A stretch of 63,843 bases of DNA, the filler included, from an uncultured Myxococcia bacterium (lineage in GTDB: Bacteria; CAZTWC01): the NCBI GenBank assembly GCA_964617105.1. It is 5 parts of 5 records of this genome, joined end to end, with 100 filler letters (N's around TTAATTAATTAA, not from the genome) between each part and the next. Parts side by side here need not be neighbours in the genome. Positions count along the whole stretch, not along the records: positions 1 to 13,517 come from CAZTWC010000080.1; 4 more parts are not named here. The stretch is one strand, 5' to 3'. The notes below the pieces were generated by a model. It ran no database searches and had not been told where the DNA came from. It saw only the letters and a program-made list of their open reading frames with translations. This document shows positions 1 through 10,036 of this stretch, one piece after another (the first letter of the stretch is position 1; every line of letters starts with the position of its first letter). The translations under genes were made by a program, and so were the position numbers.

Positions 1-2668
1 TGGTAAAATCGTAATCTGCAAATCCCGCCAACCTTACCTCTTTCAAAATGCTGTCACACTTTAATAGAAAGCCCAGGTTACCGGCCAACAATTTTTGGCG
101 CGGATTTTCCCCGGAAGGGGTGAATTCAGTATCATACTGGCTGGAAAAGAAGGGGGTGGCGCTAAAACCAGTCACCAGTTGCAGAGCGATAAATTTCAAC
201 TGAAATTCGCTGGAGAACACCAAATCATCCACGGTTTCTACACTTTCCAGCAATTTGTCCTTATACATTATCCGTCCATACCTGGCCTGGCTGTAGTTGC
301 GCCAGGTGAAAAGATAATCGTCATAGGCCAAAACCAAATCTCCTCCCGCAACTAAGGTATAGTTGGAAGAAGTGTTGGCCCGATTTTCGGTAAAATCCTT
401 ATAATCGCTGTTTTTCCAGGCAGAATAGTTATTGATTGAAACATCCAGATCCTTCATAGAAAGAGTCCACAGGGGAGAAACTGCCTTTTGATGGTTCATT
501 AACACCTGCTTCAACCGCTGATAGTAAACCGGGCTGAATTTGCCCTGCTCCTCCCTTTTCAACCTGTCCAGGAAAGAGAGCACCAAAGCCGACAGGGGTT
601 GTATAACACCATCTTTATGAGGAAAAAACCTGGCGCCTCTCTTTTTAAACCGCTGCCAGGCAGAATTTTTCAGCATCTCATCCTGTCCGGCCATCTCTAA
701 ACTGCGGTCGGTGGTGATCAGGTAATAACTACGCCTTTCATTAATTGGCCGGCCGCCGATATATCCACTCTCTCTGTCCCCCTTTATCAGTTGGGACGAA
801 GATGGCAACGAGGCTATCAATTTCTTCAAAGCGCCTCCGTCCAACTTTAATAGTACCAACTTATCCGGTACTGCCAACCAATCGGCAACCAACTCCCGGG
901 ATATTGCGCCCGGAATCTGAAAGTTCCAATCCAGCCGCCGGATAATGGCAACATCCGCCCCAAAAAGGATGATGGAGATATTACCGGCCAGGACCGACAT
1001 AAGAGCAGGATTAAATCTATAAAGCAGGTGGGGACTCGATTGAGCCGCCTCCAGCGGAGACAACTCCGGGTAAAGATAGGATAGAAAGGGATGAAACTCC
1101 TTTAGAAAAGTTGGAGACAAATCCTTATCACTTTTATATTGGGTCAAATCGGGAAGTATCACCGAATCCATTTCGCTGTCCGCCGGCATCCGGTTTCGCA
1201 TCAATTGCTGCACCGCCACCTGGTCTACTCTTTTACTGTCCTCCAAATTGATATAATTCCAGCGAAAATTTCTCCAGGGAAGATAAGGGTTAATTCGGAC
1301 CTCAACCTCCACCATCTGTCGTCCGCCATCAAAAGGGATCAACAGAGGGCCTGTCTGAATAGCATCTCTATTTTGCTTTACCTGCATTCCCCATGCCGAT
1401 TGAGTAGCCCCAGGCCAGATAAGCAGATCCAGAGGAATACTTTGCCCCATCAACTGCTGGATATAATTGCCGCTTTTGGGTAAGAAAGCCAAAAAAAGAT
1501 GGTTTGCCCAGTGATCTTTTCTCCTTATCTCCTTAATATGTTGGTAAATAACCTCCCTGGGTGGCAGCAGTTCCATTTTTTTGCCTTCCAGAGAAGTCAA
1601 TTGCGCTGCCAAATGGGTATCTAAAAGGCAAAAATAGTAAATTTTAACCGTCCCACTCTCCAAATAGCCATAGGGTTCTGCCCTATAGGGTTGGAGATCT
1701 TTGGTATCCACATTGGTAATCACCGGTTTAATACCAATCTGCTTTAACTGACGGGCATAAATAGAGAAACCGCCGCTCAATTCCAATTCTCCCGGGCAGA
1801 GAGCCTGAAAACCCAATTTTTTAATCATCTTTAGAGAGTTGGCTCTATGCAGGCTAAACCGCCCGTGAACCAAACTGCTGAAACCCTCCAGAATATCGCC
1901 GCTATCCAATAAAATTGTCTGGCTATGATCTTTTTTTACCTCTTTAATAGCCTGGATTCGCCTGGGACCAACGCCCCAGTATTTGGAAATCACCATAAAC
2001 CGGTCCTGGCTGCTGGGCCGGTCTATGGATTGATAGACGCTCCAACGGGTCTGCCACAAATCCCACTGCCATTCCAGTTGATCCGGTGAATCACCATTTT
2101 GACAGAGCAAATAAACCGGCTTTCCTTCTAATGATGCGTCATAGAGACGGGCATAGGCAGGACGGGGTTTATAAATACGGCTGGGAAAATTGGCCAATAC
2201 CCGATTGATCAGCAGGAAATAATCTTTTCTGGTCAATTTTCGGCCCGGGTAGGAAAAAATAAACCCGTTTTCATCCTGCAACAGGGGAAATTTATCGATT
2301 TTCAGTGCCCATCTCTGCCCGAGAGAAGAGATTTTTTCCATAAATTTTTTAATGGTTAAATGGGGATAAGAGAAGAGGTAACACCCCTTCTGTTTGAAAA
2401 CTTTGCTGTGCCCTATTCTGGTTTCAGCCAAATTTTGACGACCTGTCTGAACTCCCGAAGAAAACGGGCTTTCCGGCTGCAGCATGGGCAAAATCACCCT
2501 GGCCTGGTGCCCTCCCATTAGGCCACCACTGCCGCCGGAGATCAACAGGCGGACAGTTTCAAGGTCATCAGGATTACTGTGATCAGCCCAGGCTGGTATG
2601 GTAACAAACAGGATCACTAGTAGGTTTCGCAAAATTGTAAAGTAATTCTGTCTGTCTGCTAAGTGCAC
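1..2668 (-). CDS. Large exported protein (>889 aa, runs off the window): degenerate 5'-nucleotidase/metallophosphoesterase-like region plus probable C-terminal outer-membrane beta-barrel
   Basis: Absent from the ORF track because there is no stop in the window. The GTG start overlaps the pyrE TAG (TAGTG). Signal-like RNLLVILFVTIPAWA. GPRRIQAIKEVKKDHSQTILLDSGDILEG resembles the 5'-NT 'RRA..IK....P..LLLDAGD' motif. Late alternating aromatic strands (FTWRNYSQARYG, DDLVFSSEFQLKF, PFFSSQYDTEFTP). Frame checked by hand at both ends and in the middle. Confidence 0.7.
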   Translation of the reverse strand, partial: MHLADRQNYFTILRNLLVILFVTIPAWADHSNPDDLETVRLLISGGSGGLMGGHQARVILPMLQPESPFSSGVQTGRQNLAETRIGHSKVFKQKGCYLFSYPHLTIKKFMEKISSLGQRWALKIDKFPLLQDENGFIFSYPGRKLTRKDYFLLINRVLANFPSRIYKPRPAYARLYDASLEGKPVYLLCQNGDSPDQLEWQWDLWQTRWSVYQSIDRPSSQDRFMVISKYWGVGPRRIQAIKEVKKDHSQTILLDSGDILEGFSSLVHGRFSLHRANSLKMIKKLGFQALCPGELELSGGFSIYARQLKQIGIKPVITNVDTKDLQPYRAEPYGYLESGTVKIYYFCLLDTHLAAQLTSLEGKKMELLPPREVIYQHIKEIRRKDHWANHLFLAFLPKSGNYIQQLMGQSIPLDLLIWPGATQSAWGMQVKQNRDAIQTGPLLIPFDGGRQMVEVEVRINPYLPWRNFRWNYINLEDSKRVDQVAVQQLMRNRMPADSEMDSVILPDLTQYKSDKDLSPTFLKEFHPFLSYLYPELSPLEAAQSSPHLLYRFNPALMSVLAGNISIILFGADVAIIRRLDWNFQIPGAISRELVADWLAVPDKLVLLKLDGGALKKLIASLPSSSQLIKGDRESGYIGGRPINERRSYYLITTDRSLEMAGQDEMLKNSAWQRFKKRGARFFPHKDGVIQPLSALVLSFLDRLKREEQGKFSPVYYQRLKQVLMNHQKAVSPLWTLSMKDLDVSINNYSAWKNSDYKDFTENRANTSSNYTLVAGGDLVLAYDDYLFTWRNYSQARYGRIMYKDKLLESVETVDDLVFSSEFQLKFIALQLVTGFSATPFFSSQYDTEFTPSGENPRQKLLAGNLGFLLKCDSILKEVRLAGFADYDFT

Positions 2669-3351
2669 TAAAGTTCTATCTCCACATCATCCCGGGCGAA
2701 TTCAGCCACAATAGATTCCAACACCGAAGAATCTGGTTTGCTTTCAGCCACCGCCATGGGCAGCAAATCCAGAGCAGTGGAAAGGGCATGATAGTTGACC
2801 CCCATTTGAGAAAGCGCCTGACTAACCGTCAAACCGGCTTCATTTTTCTGCATCCGGTTGGTCAGACCCAGGGCTTGATCCACCTTAATGCCGGCACTCT
2901 TCAACTGTTCCAAGGTCCTAATCAGTGAACCGCCGGTGGTGGTCACATCTTCCAGCACCAGGCATCCATCTTCTGGCGGCCGTCCCAAAAAAAGACGATC
3001 CGCCGGAGAACCGTGTTCTTTGGGCTTACCCCGCAACATGGGCAAAGGATGGCTTCCCTGAGCCAGGACTCCGGAATTCAGGGCCATCTGAAAATCAATA
3101 ATTATGGCCAGTTTGGTGGCACCCTCAGGTACCCCCAGCAAACAAGTTAGTTGGGAAAAATTATCCTTAAGATAGTTGATTACAAAACCGGATAATTTAT
3201 GAGTCAAGTAAACATCTTCGGTGACCCGCCTCCAGTTGACATACCAGTGAGACAGGCGACCCGATTTCAATTTTACCGGCTGGGGAAAAAATCCGATAAC
3301 CTGGTTTTTGACAACGAACTGGTTGAACTCCTGCTGATTAAAATATTTCAC
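2668..3351 (-). CDS. pyrE: Orotate phosphoribosyltransferase (divergent type)
   Basis: KLKSGRLSHWY, RGKPKEHG and the PRPP loop LVLEDVTTTGGS. Confidence 0.85.
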   Translation of the reverse strand: MKYFNQQEFNQFVVKNQVIGFFPQPVKLKSGRLSHWYVNWRRVTEDVYLTHKLSGFVINYLKDNFSQLTCLLGVPEGATKLAIIIDFQMALNSGVLAQGSHPLPMLRGKPKEHGSPADRLFLGRPPEDGCLVLEDVTTTGGSLIRTLEQLKSAGIKVDQALGLTNRMQKNEAGLTVSQALSQMGVNYHALSTALDLLPMAVAESKPDSSVLESIVAEFARDDVEIEL

Positions 3352-3364
3352 TATTTATTCCCTC

Positions 3365-6352
3365 CTAAAATCCAATTTTTTTACTTTTACTCCCTTCCAC
3401 TTCACTTTCTGCCGCCTCCATCAAGTCTTGCATAGTAACTTTTCGCTCCTGCTCAGAGCGCAGCGCTGCTTTGGCAGCCGCCTTAAAAACTGCATTCTTA
3501 ATATGCCCACCCGAAATGGTATATCGGGCTGCCAACTTAAAAAAATTAACCTCTTCGGCCAAAGGCATTTTGGCTGGAGATAATTTTTTCCACAGTTGTT
3601 CCCGCAGCTCCCTATCCGGTATATCAAACTCCAAAATAAATTTCATCCGACGCAAAAAGGCTTCATCAATATTTTTAAACAGGTTGGTAGTCAAAATAAT
3701 CAATCCAGGAAATCGTTCGATATTATAGAGTAATAGTCCCACATCAATATTGGCGTACCGGTCAGTGGAATTGCTTACCGCAGTGCGGGCGCCAAACAGT
3801 CCATCCGCCTCGTCAAAAACAATTATAGAATCATTAGCTCGGGCGTCTTTAAAAATCGCATCAATATTTTTACTCGATTCGCCTACATATTTGGATAACA
3901 CTTCGGCAGTGTTAATCACTTTGAGAGGCTTACCCAACTGAAAACCAATAGCCTCGGCAGTGATGCTCTTGCCAGTTCCCGGCGGGCCATGAAACAAGGC
4001 TGCCATTCCCTGACCATAGGAGAGTTTCTCATCAAAACCCCACTGACTAAACAAAACATTACGGGCTTTTTCAAACTGGATTATCTGCTCCAAGATCTTT
4101 CTCAATAGAGGAGTTAGCACTAAGCCATCCAGGCCGAACAGAGGTACTACCCGGCGGTCAAAATCGGTCATCTGCAAGTGGCTACGCAATTGCAATTTGG
4201 CTCCCTTTTCCAGGTCTGCCTGGGTAATCTGCAAATCTTCTACATTACGGGCAACTGCCAGGGAGAGGGCGGACAGAACCGCATTCTTGATAAATCCTCC
4301 GGTAAGTTCATACTGCCAGGCCAACTCCTTTAAATCCAGTTGGTCCCGCATCTTAATATCCTGGGGCAAATGCACATTCCAGATCTTTTGCCGAAAATGG
4401 GGATCTGGACGGCGAAACTCGTGACATAAGGTGATTCGCCTATGCATGGCCTCGTCCAGGTCAAAGGCCCGGTTGGTAGCCATTATAATCAAGCCATCGT
4501 GACGTTCTAATTCGGTCAATAGCACCCCAATATCAGAATTGCCCAGAGAGCGATCTTCAAACAAAGATTCACATTCATCAAAAAACAGGATAGCATCGTT
4601 AATCCTGCACTCTCTGAGAATAAACTTGATGGTTTCATCAGCAAAGTTTCCTCCCAAAGTGGTATAGTTGATAAGCAACACTTTTTTTCCTAAGTAGTTG
4701 GCTATGGCATTGGCCATCATGGTTTTTCCGGTGCCGGAAGGTCCGTAGAAAAGCATGATCATAGAACGGCCGTAAGGGATTAACTCATCAAACCCCAGGT
4801 TCAGGCGGGCCTGGCTGAATTTAGAAAAATTACTCACCGTTTCGGTAATCAGTTCCTTCTGCTCGTCAGGCAAAATCACCTGTTCTATCTTTACCCGGGG
4901 ATAATAAAGGTGGCTCCCTTCAACCAGTTCACTCAACTCCGTATCCAGGCCCACAATATAGTCCAGCATACGGCGGTCGATCTCCACGTCACAACGGGTC
5001 AAATCCATATCCCAGGCATCGGAAAGTCGAATCATACCCTCTTTTAACAGAGTGGCGTCTTTGTAAAAATAACGACGATATTGAATACGTTCCTCCAGGC
5101 TGTCACAAAAAAGTTCCAGCAGTTCACCCACTTCACACTTGAAGGTAAAACTATCGAGAGCTTTGATCATATCGGTAGAAAAAGTTGCTCCGGTAAGGGT
5201 TAAAAGGACCATTTTTTCAAAAGGTTCTAAACCCCGTTCTTTAATCAAACTCTCCAACCTGGGCAACCATTTGCCGTTTTTTAAGGTCAACTGGGTCCTT
5301 TTCTCACATTTTGACTGTTGAATACGTTCCAGAACTCGAAACTCCCTCAAACGAGCTTCTTTGCTTTTTTCAGTGGAGAGCCGGAAAGAATCATCATCCT
5401 GTTCGGTTTTGGCCATCCTGATTTTCAAGGCAATGAGTTCAAAATACTCTTCCAAATAATCCAGGTCACTCTGAAAGGGTTCTAAAAGCAAATCATCCAG
5501 CAGGTCATGCCCTTCATCATCTTGCTCACTATCTTGATCATTATCTTCCAAAACATTATCTAACAACTCTTCAGATAGCCCTTCCTCTTCAATTTCCTCT
5601 TCAATTTCCTCCTCTCTGCTCCTTTCCAGATCACCAGATTTTATAATTTGCTCGGTCTGCGGTTCTTCAGCCAGCAAATCATACAAAACAGTTTCACTTA
5701 AGGTTAGCAAATCCTTGGCAGTAACCCTGCATCCAGACAAAATGCGGGCCACTTCTTCTGGAATTTTAAATTCTCTCTGTAACAGATTCCCAGATTCCTC
5801 TACCTCCATAATTCCCTGCTCAATGTGAGCACGTTCCAGATCGATAAATTTTACCAATTCCCGGCTGCTCATCTCTAGTAACATCCCCAGATCTCCCAAA
5901 GAATCATGCATTTGGAACCGGTTATAAAAATCACTGTCGCTATAGTACAGTACCATATAACCAAGTGCCCAACTCTCCTTCTGGGTAAACTCCAGCCGTT
6001 CAACTAACCTTACAGTGCGAGGGATAAACCCGCCACCGGCTATAGCCGTCAGCCTTTGGCTGGACATATTTACCACATAATTTTTTAATTGGGAGAGGAG
6101 ATCCAAATGCTCCTGCACTTGAGAAAAATCGATACTTTTATTCATAGAGAAGCGATAATCGGCTTTTACAAATGCCCGGGTATTATTAATCTCTTCCAGG
6201 AGTATAAAGAGCGCCCCTTGAGTGAGAAGATACTCCTGGTCGTGGGCAAAGGGAGAATTGGAATCTGCCAACAGATTTTCCAGCATGTTGGGATTGAACA
6301 AATAACTTATCTCCGGATTCCGGGCAAAGAAATCTTTGGGGGAAAAATCCAT
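3365..6352 (-). CDS. Tandem AAA+ ATPase (two AAA modules, SpoVK/Afp15-like) with duplicated N-terminal helical domain
   Basis: Walker A GPSGTGKT and GPPGTGKS, Walker B FFDECE and VFDEAD, SRH LDEAMHRRI and IDEAFLRRM, DRYANIDVGLLL motif, C-terminal KKIGF. Confidence 0.9.
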   Translation of the reverse strand: MDFSPKDFFARNPEISYLFNPNMLENLLADSNSPFAHDQEYLLTQGALFILLEEINNTRAFVKADYRFSMNKSIDFSQVQEHLDLLSQLKNYVVNMSSQRLTAIAGGGFIPRTVRLVERLEFTQKESWALGYMVLYYSDSDFYNRFQMHDSLGDLGMLLEMSSRELVKFIDLERAHIEQGIMEVEESGNLLQREFKIPEEVARILSGCRVTAKDLLTLSETVLYDLLAEEPQTEQIIKSGDLERSREEEIEEEIEEEGLSEELLDNVLEDNDQDSEQDDEGHDLLDDLLLEPFQSDLDYLEEYFELIALKIRMAKTEQDDDSFRLSTEKSKEARLREFRVLERIQQSKCEKRTQLTLKNGKWLPRLESLIKERGLEPFEKMVLLTLTGATFSTDMIKALDSFTFKCEVGELLELFCDSLEERIQYRRYFYKDATLLKEGMIRLSDAWDMDLTRCDVEIDRRMLDYIVGLDTELSELVEGSHLYYPRVKIEQVILPDEQKELITETVSNFSKFSQARLNLGFDELIPYGRSMIMLFYGPSGTGKTMMANAIANYLGKKVLLINYTTLGGNFADETIKFILRECRINDAILFFDECESLFEDRSLGNSDIGVLLTELERHDGLIIMATNRAFDLDEAMHRRITLCHEFRRPDPHFRQKIWNVHLPQDIKMRDQLDLKELAWQYELTGGFIKNAVLSALSLAVARNVEDLQITQADLEKGAKLQLRSHLQMTDFDRRVVPLFGLDGLVLTPLLRKILEQIIQFEKARNVLFSQWGFDEKLSYGQGMAALFHGPPGTGKSITAEAIGFQLGKPLKVINTAEVLSKYVGESSKNIDAIFKDARANDSIIVFDEADGLFGARTAVSNSTDRYANIDVGLLLYNIERFPGLIILTTNLFKNIDEAFLRRMKFILEFDIPDRELREQLWKKLSPAKMPLAEEVNFFKLAARYTISGGHIKNAVFKAAAKAALRSEQERKVTMQDLMEAAESEVEGSKSKKIGF

Positions 6353-6361
6353 GATATCCTC

Positions 6362-7699
6362 CTAAATCATTAAAGTCCCATGCCATCTATCAAAGGCGAT
6401 CTCCGCTCTCTGTGATGCTACCTGGCGACGAGCCCTCTTTCCTCTGACGCCCTTTATCTTCCCCACCGGAGTCATCAAACCAAAATTAATATTACTGGGC
6501 TGAAAAGGGTCACAAGGTGTGGACAAGTGATGCAAAAGCCCTCCCATGGCGGTTTCCGGTCCGGGAAACTTAAAAGGCGGCCTGGTTTCTCCCTGGTCCA
6601 TCTTCCATCTATGACCAACAAACAGGGCGCACAGAAAACCAGAGGCTATGGACTCTATATATCCCTCCACTCCAGTTATCTGCCCGGCAAAAAAGAGGTT
6701 GGGCCGGCTTTTGAGAGACATCATGTTATCCAACAACCGGGGTGAATCAATATAGGTATTGCGGTGAACTGAACCGTGCCTTAAAAATTCTGCCCGCTCC
6801 AGGCCCGGGATCTTTCTGAAAATTCTTTTCTGCTCACCATAGGTCAACCTGGTTTGAAATCCCACCAGGTTATAGGCATGGCCCGGTAAATTTTCCCGGC
6901 GCAGTTGCAGCACCGCAAAGGGTCTTTTTCCAGTACGAGGGTCCATCAGTCCCACCGGTTTCATGGGCCCGTAAGCCAACACCTGGTCGCCTCGGCGGCA
7001 GAGCTCCTCAATGGGCATACAGCCCTCAAAAAAACGGGGCTCCTCAAAAGGGTGTAACTCCAGCTTTTCCCCCTCCCGGATATCCTTTAGCAATTGAAAA
7101 TATTGCTCCTTATCCAGAGGGCAGTTTAAATAATCCTGGCCATCCTGCTCATAGCGGTTGGCCTTGAATACCCGAGACATATCAATGGAATCAGCAGAGA
7201 TTATTGGCGAAATAGCATCGTAGAAGAAGAGAGAACCGCCAGTTAAAGCAGTAATCTCTTGGGCCAACGAATCTGAGGTGAGAGGTCCTGTGGCGACAAT
7301 GGTGATATCCTCTTCCTGCTCCAAACCGGTATACTCTTCATACTGGATCTCAATTTTATCATTTTCCTCTATTCTGCGCGTTATCTGGCTAGCAAACAGC
7401 GTGCGATCAACTGCGAGAGCACTACCAGCAGGAACGCTGGTGGAATCGGCCACCGCCATACACAGGGAACCCAGTTTACGCAACTCCCGCTTTAGAATAC
7501 CCGGGCCGGTATCTTCTCGATCTGAGCGTAAAGAGTTGCTGCACACCAACTCTGCCAAAAAGTCCAATTTATGGGCAGGGGATTTTTTCTTGGGTTTCAT
7601 TTCCCAAAGCTGTACAATCAAACCGCTTCTGGCTAATTGCCAGGCCGCTTCGACCCCGGCCAATCCACCCCCGATCACTTTGATTTTATTCAGAGACAT
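6362..7699 (-). CDS. trmFO: Folate/FAD-dependent tRNA m5U54 methyltransferase
   Basis: VIGGGLAGVEAAWQ, AELVCSNSL, FFYDAISPII, YNLVGFQTRL, AGQITGVEGY. Confidence 0.97.
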   Translation of the reverse strand: MSLNKIKVIGGGLAGVEAAWQLARSGLIVQLWEMKPKKKSPAHKLDFLAELVCSNSLRSDREDTGPGILKRELRKLGSLCMAVADSTSVPAGSALAVDRTLFASQITRRIEENDKIEIQYEEYTGLEQEEDITIVATGPLTSDSLAQEITALTGGSLFFYDAISPIISADSIDMSRVFKANRYEQDGQDYLNCPLDKEQYFQLLKDIREGEKLELHPFEEPRFFEGCMPIEELCRRGDQVLAYGPMKPVGLMDPRTGKRPFAVLQLRRENLPGHAYNLVGFQTRLTYGEQKRIFRKIPGLERAEFLRHGSVHRNTYIDSPRLLDNMMSLKSRPNLFFAGQITGVEGYIESIASGFLCALFVGHRWKMDQGETRPPFKFPGPETAMGGLLHHLSTPCDPFQPSNINFGLMTPVGKIKGVRGKRARRQVASQRAEIAFDRWHGTLMI

Positions 7700-7707
7700 G
7701 AAGAAAA

Positions 7708-9939
7708 TTATTTTTCCGAAATAATCTGGTAATTACATTTTTTATTAAAACATTTCCAGATCTTATACCCCTGACGATTGCTTTTCTCTACTAAAATAGG
7801 AGATTGGCAGGTGGGACACTGTTTGTTAATTGGTTTATTCCAGGAAGCGAAGTTACACTTGGGAAAATTACTGCAGCCGTAGAATATCTTCCCGGCTCGG
7901 CTCTGCCGCTCAAAAATAGTACCGCCGCAATTTTCTTGGGGACACTTTACCCCAATGCTCATAGGCTTGGAAAAACTGCACTTGGGATAGTTGGCACAGG
8001 CCAAAAAACGGCCAAACCGGCCTCTTTTAACCAATAAATTTTCACCACAGCGGGGGCAGGTTTCATTCACCTCCTCGGTGACGGGAACGATATCTCCCTG
8101 ATCATTACGATAATATTCCATGGTGGTACGGCAATCGGGATAACCAGAACAAGCCAGGTAGGGTCCATTGCGGCCCCATTTGCTGTTCATCTTCTTTCTA
8201 CACTTGGGACAATCTATGTCGGTAACCATCTCCTCGGTTTTCAGGTTACGCATCTCCTTTTCCGCTGTAACCAGCAGTTTCTCCAGTTGGTTGTAAAACT
8301 TTTCCAACACTTTTATCCGGTCACATTTACCCTCCTCGATTGAGTCCAGTTGCCCTTCCATCTCTGCGGTAAAACCGACATCCATAATATTGGGAAAAGA
8401 TTTCTCCAGCAATCCGGTAACCACTTGCCCCAATTCGGTGGGGACAAAATAACCGCTGTTTTTAAGAACATATTTTCGAGCCTGAATAGTAGAGATAATC
8501 GGGGCATAGGTGGAGGGCCGGCCAATCCCCTTCTCTTCCAGTTCTCTCACTAGACTACCCTCGGTAAAGCGGGGCGACGGCTGGGTGAAATGTTGCAAAG
8601 GATTTAATTTTACCAACTCCAACACATCTCCTTTCTGCAGGGGAGGCAGTTTGAATACTTTGTCTCCCTTATTGCCGGATGTTCCGTAAACCGCCTGAAA
8701 ACCATTAAATTTCAATACCATGCCGGTCATCCTGAACCAATATTTACCCGCCAATATATCCAAAACAGTTTGATGGTAAACAGCATTTGCCATCTGGGAG
8801 GCAATAAACCGATTCCAAATCAGGGAATAGAGTTTAAACTGGTCGGAAGACAAATATTTCTTAATCTTTTGAGGTGGGTAATCAGCGGTGGTGGGACGAA
8901 TAGCCTCATGGGCGTCCTGGCTGCCCTTTTTGGCCGAATATATTCTGGCTTTGTCGGGCAGATAACTGTCGCCGTAGTCATCTTTAATATGTTGTCTGGC
9001 CCACCCCAGGGCTTCCTCGGATATCCGGGTGGAATCAGTACGCATGTAGGTGATAAGTCCCGCAGTTTCACTGCCTACATCAATACCTTCGTATAATCTT
9101 TGAGCCAGACTCATAGTTTTTTTGGTAGAAAAGTGATAACGGTTGGCGGCGTCCTGCTGAAGCCGACTGGTAATATAGGGCGGTAGAGGTTTCTTCTCCT
9201 TCTTGTTGGTGCTTATCTCCTCTACCACAAAGGGAAGGGTGTCCAGTTGCTCAACAATGGTTTTGGCCTCATCTCCATTTACAATTTTGGCTTTCTTTTT
9301 GCCGATGCGGTGCAATTTGGTAATAAATTCCGGATCTGAGTTTCCTTTAAGTTCAGCCTCTAGTGTCCAATACTCTTCCGGCACAAAAGCTTTGATCTCC
9401 GCTTCCCTATCAACAATTAGTTTTACCACCACCGACTGAACCCGTCCGGCAGACAATCCCTTTTGAATCTTTTTCCATAAAATTGGGCTAATCCGGTAAC
9501 CCACCAGCCGATCCAGTATCCTACGGGTAAGTTGGGCATCATAAAGCATCTTGTTTAACTCGATGGGATTATCCATCCCCGCCTTAATCCCCCGGGCGGT
9601 TATCTCGTTGAAACGGACCCGTAATATTTTATCGTTTACCTTGGAAATCTCCTCGGCGATATGCCAGGCAATGGCCTCTCCTTCGCGATCCGGGTCAGGA
9701 GCCAGAAAAATCTGATCCACTTTTTTACCCAGCACCTTCAACTGATTAACTACTTTTTGTTTACCTTTGATAACTTCCAACCTGGGCAAAAAACTGATTT
9801 CCACATCCACACCCAGCCTGTTCTTGGGCAAATCCTTGATATGGCCGTAACAGGCAGTAACTGAAAAATTATCACCAAGATATTTTTTAATAGTGGCGGC
9901 CTTGGCCGGCGATTCAACCACAATAAGCGACTTAACCAT
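7708..9939 (-). CDS. topA: DNA topoisomerase I with C-terminal zinc ribbons
   Basis: IVVESPAKA, DPDREGEAI, SAGRVQS, LITYMRTDS, GIGRPSTY, repeated CPxC...CxxYPxC ribbons. Confidence 0.98.
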   Translation of the reverse strand: MVKSLIVVESPAKAATIKKYLGDNFSVTACYGHIKDLPKNRLGVDVEISFLPRLEVIKGKQKVVNQLKVLGKKVDQIFLAPDPDREGEAIAWHIAEEISKVNDKILRVRFNEITARGIKAGMDNPIELNKMLYDAQLTRRILDRLVGYRISPILWKKIQKGLSAGRVQSVVVKLIVDREAEIKAFVPEEYWTLEAELKGNSDPEFITKLHRIGKKKAKIVNGDEAKTIVEQLDTLPFVVEEISTNKKEKKPLPPYITSRLQQDAANRYHFSTKKTMSLAQRLYEGIDVGSETAGLITYMRTDSTRISEEALGWARQHIKDDYGDSYLPDKARIYSAKKGSQDAHEAIRPTTADYPPQKIKKYLSSDQFKLYSLIWNRFIASQMANAVYHQTVLDILAGKYWFRMTGMVLKFNGFQAVYGTSGNKGDKVFKLPPLQKGDVLELVKLNPLQHFTQPSPRFTEGSLVRELEEKGIGRPSTYAPIISTIQARKYVLKNSGYFVPTELGQVVTGLLEKSFPNIMDVGFTAEMEGQLDSIEEGKCDRIKVLEKFYNQLEKLLVTAEKEMRNLKTEEMVTDIDCPKCRKKMNSKWGRNGPYLACSGYPDCRTTMEYYRNDQGDIVPVTEEVNETCPRCGENLLVKRGRFGRFLACANYPKCSFSKPMSIGVKCPQENCGGTIFERQSRAGKIFYGCSNFPKCNFASWNKPINKQCPTCQSPILVEKSNRQGYKIWKCFNKKCNYQIISEK

Positions 9940-10036
9940 AATTAATTTCCTGTAAATAGGTTCCGGTCTCCAAAACAGTGACTTTTATTATTGCACAACC
10001 CGGCAATAATTGCCGGGAATTGTTCCCAGTATTATC

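Noticed and set aside
95-1483. Short plus-strand ORFs here and the many antisense/overlapping ORFs elsewhere in the track
   Set aside because: They are shadows of longer genes with clear motifs on the other strand or frame, with no RBS or family signal.
3365-6352. Contractile injection system or prophage implied by the Afp15-like ATPase
   Set aside because: No sheath, tube, baseplate or spike genes on the contig; the neighbours are housekeeping genes.
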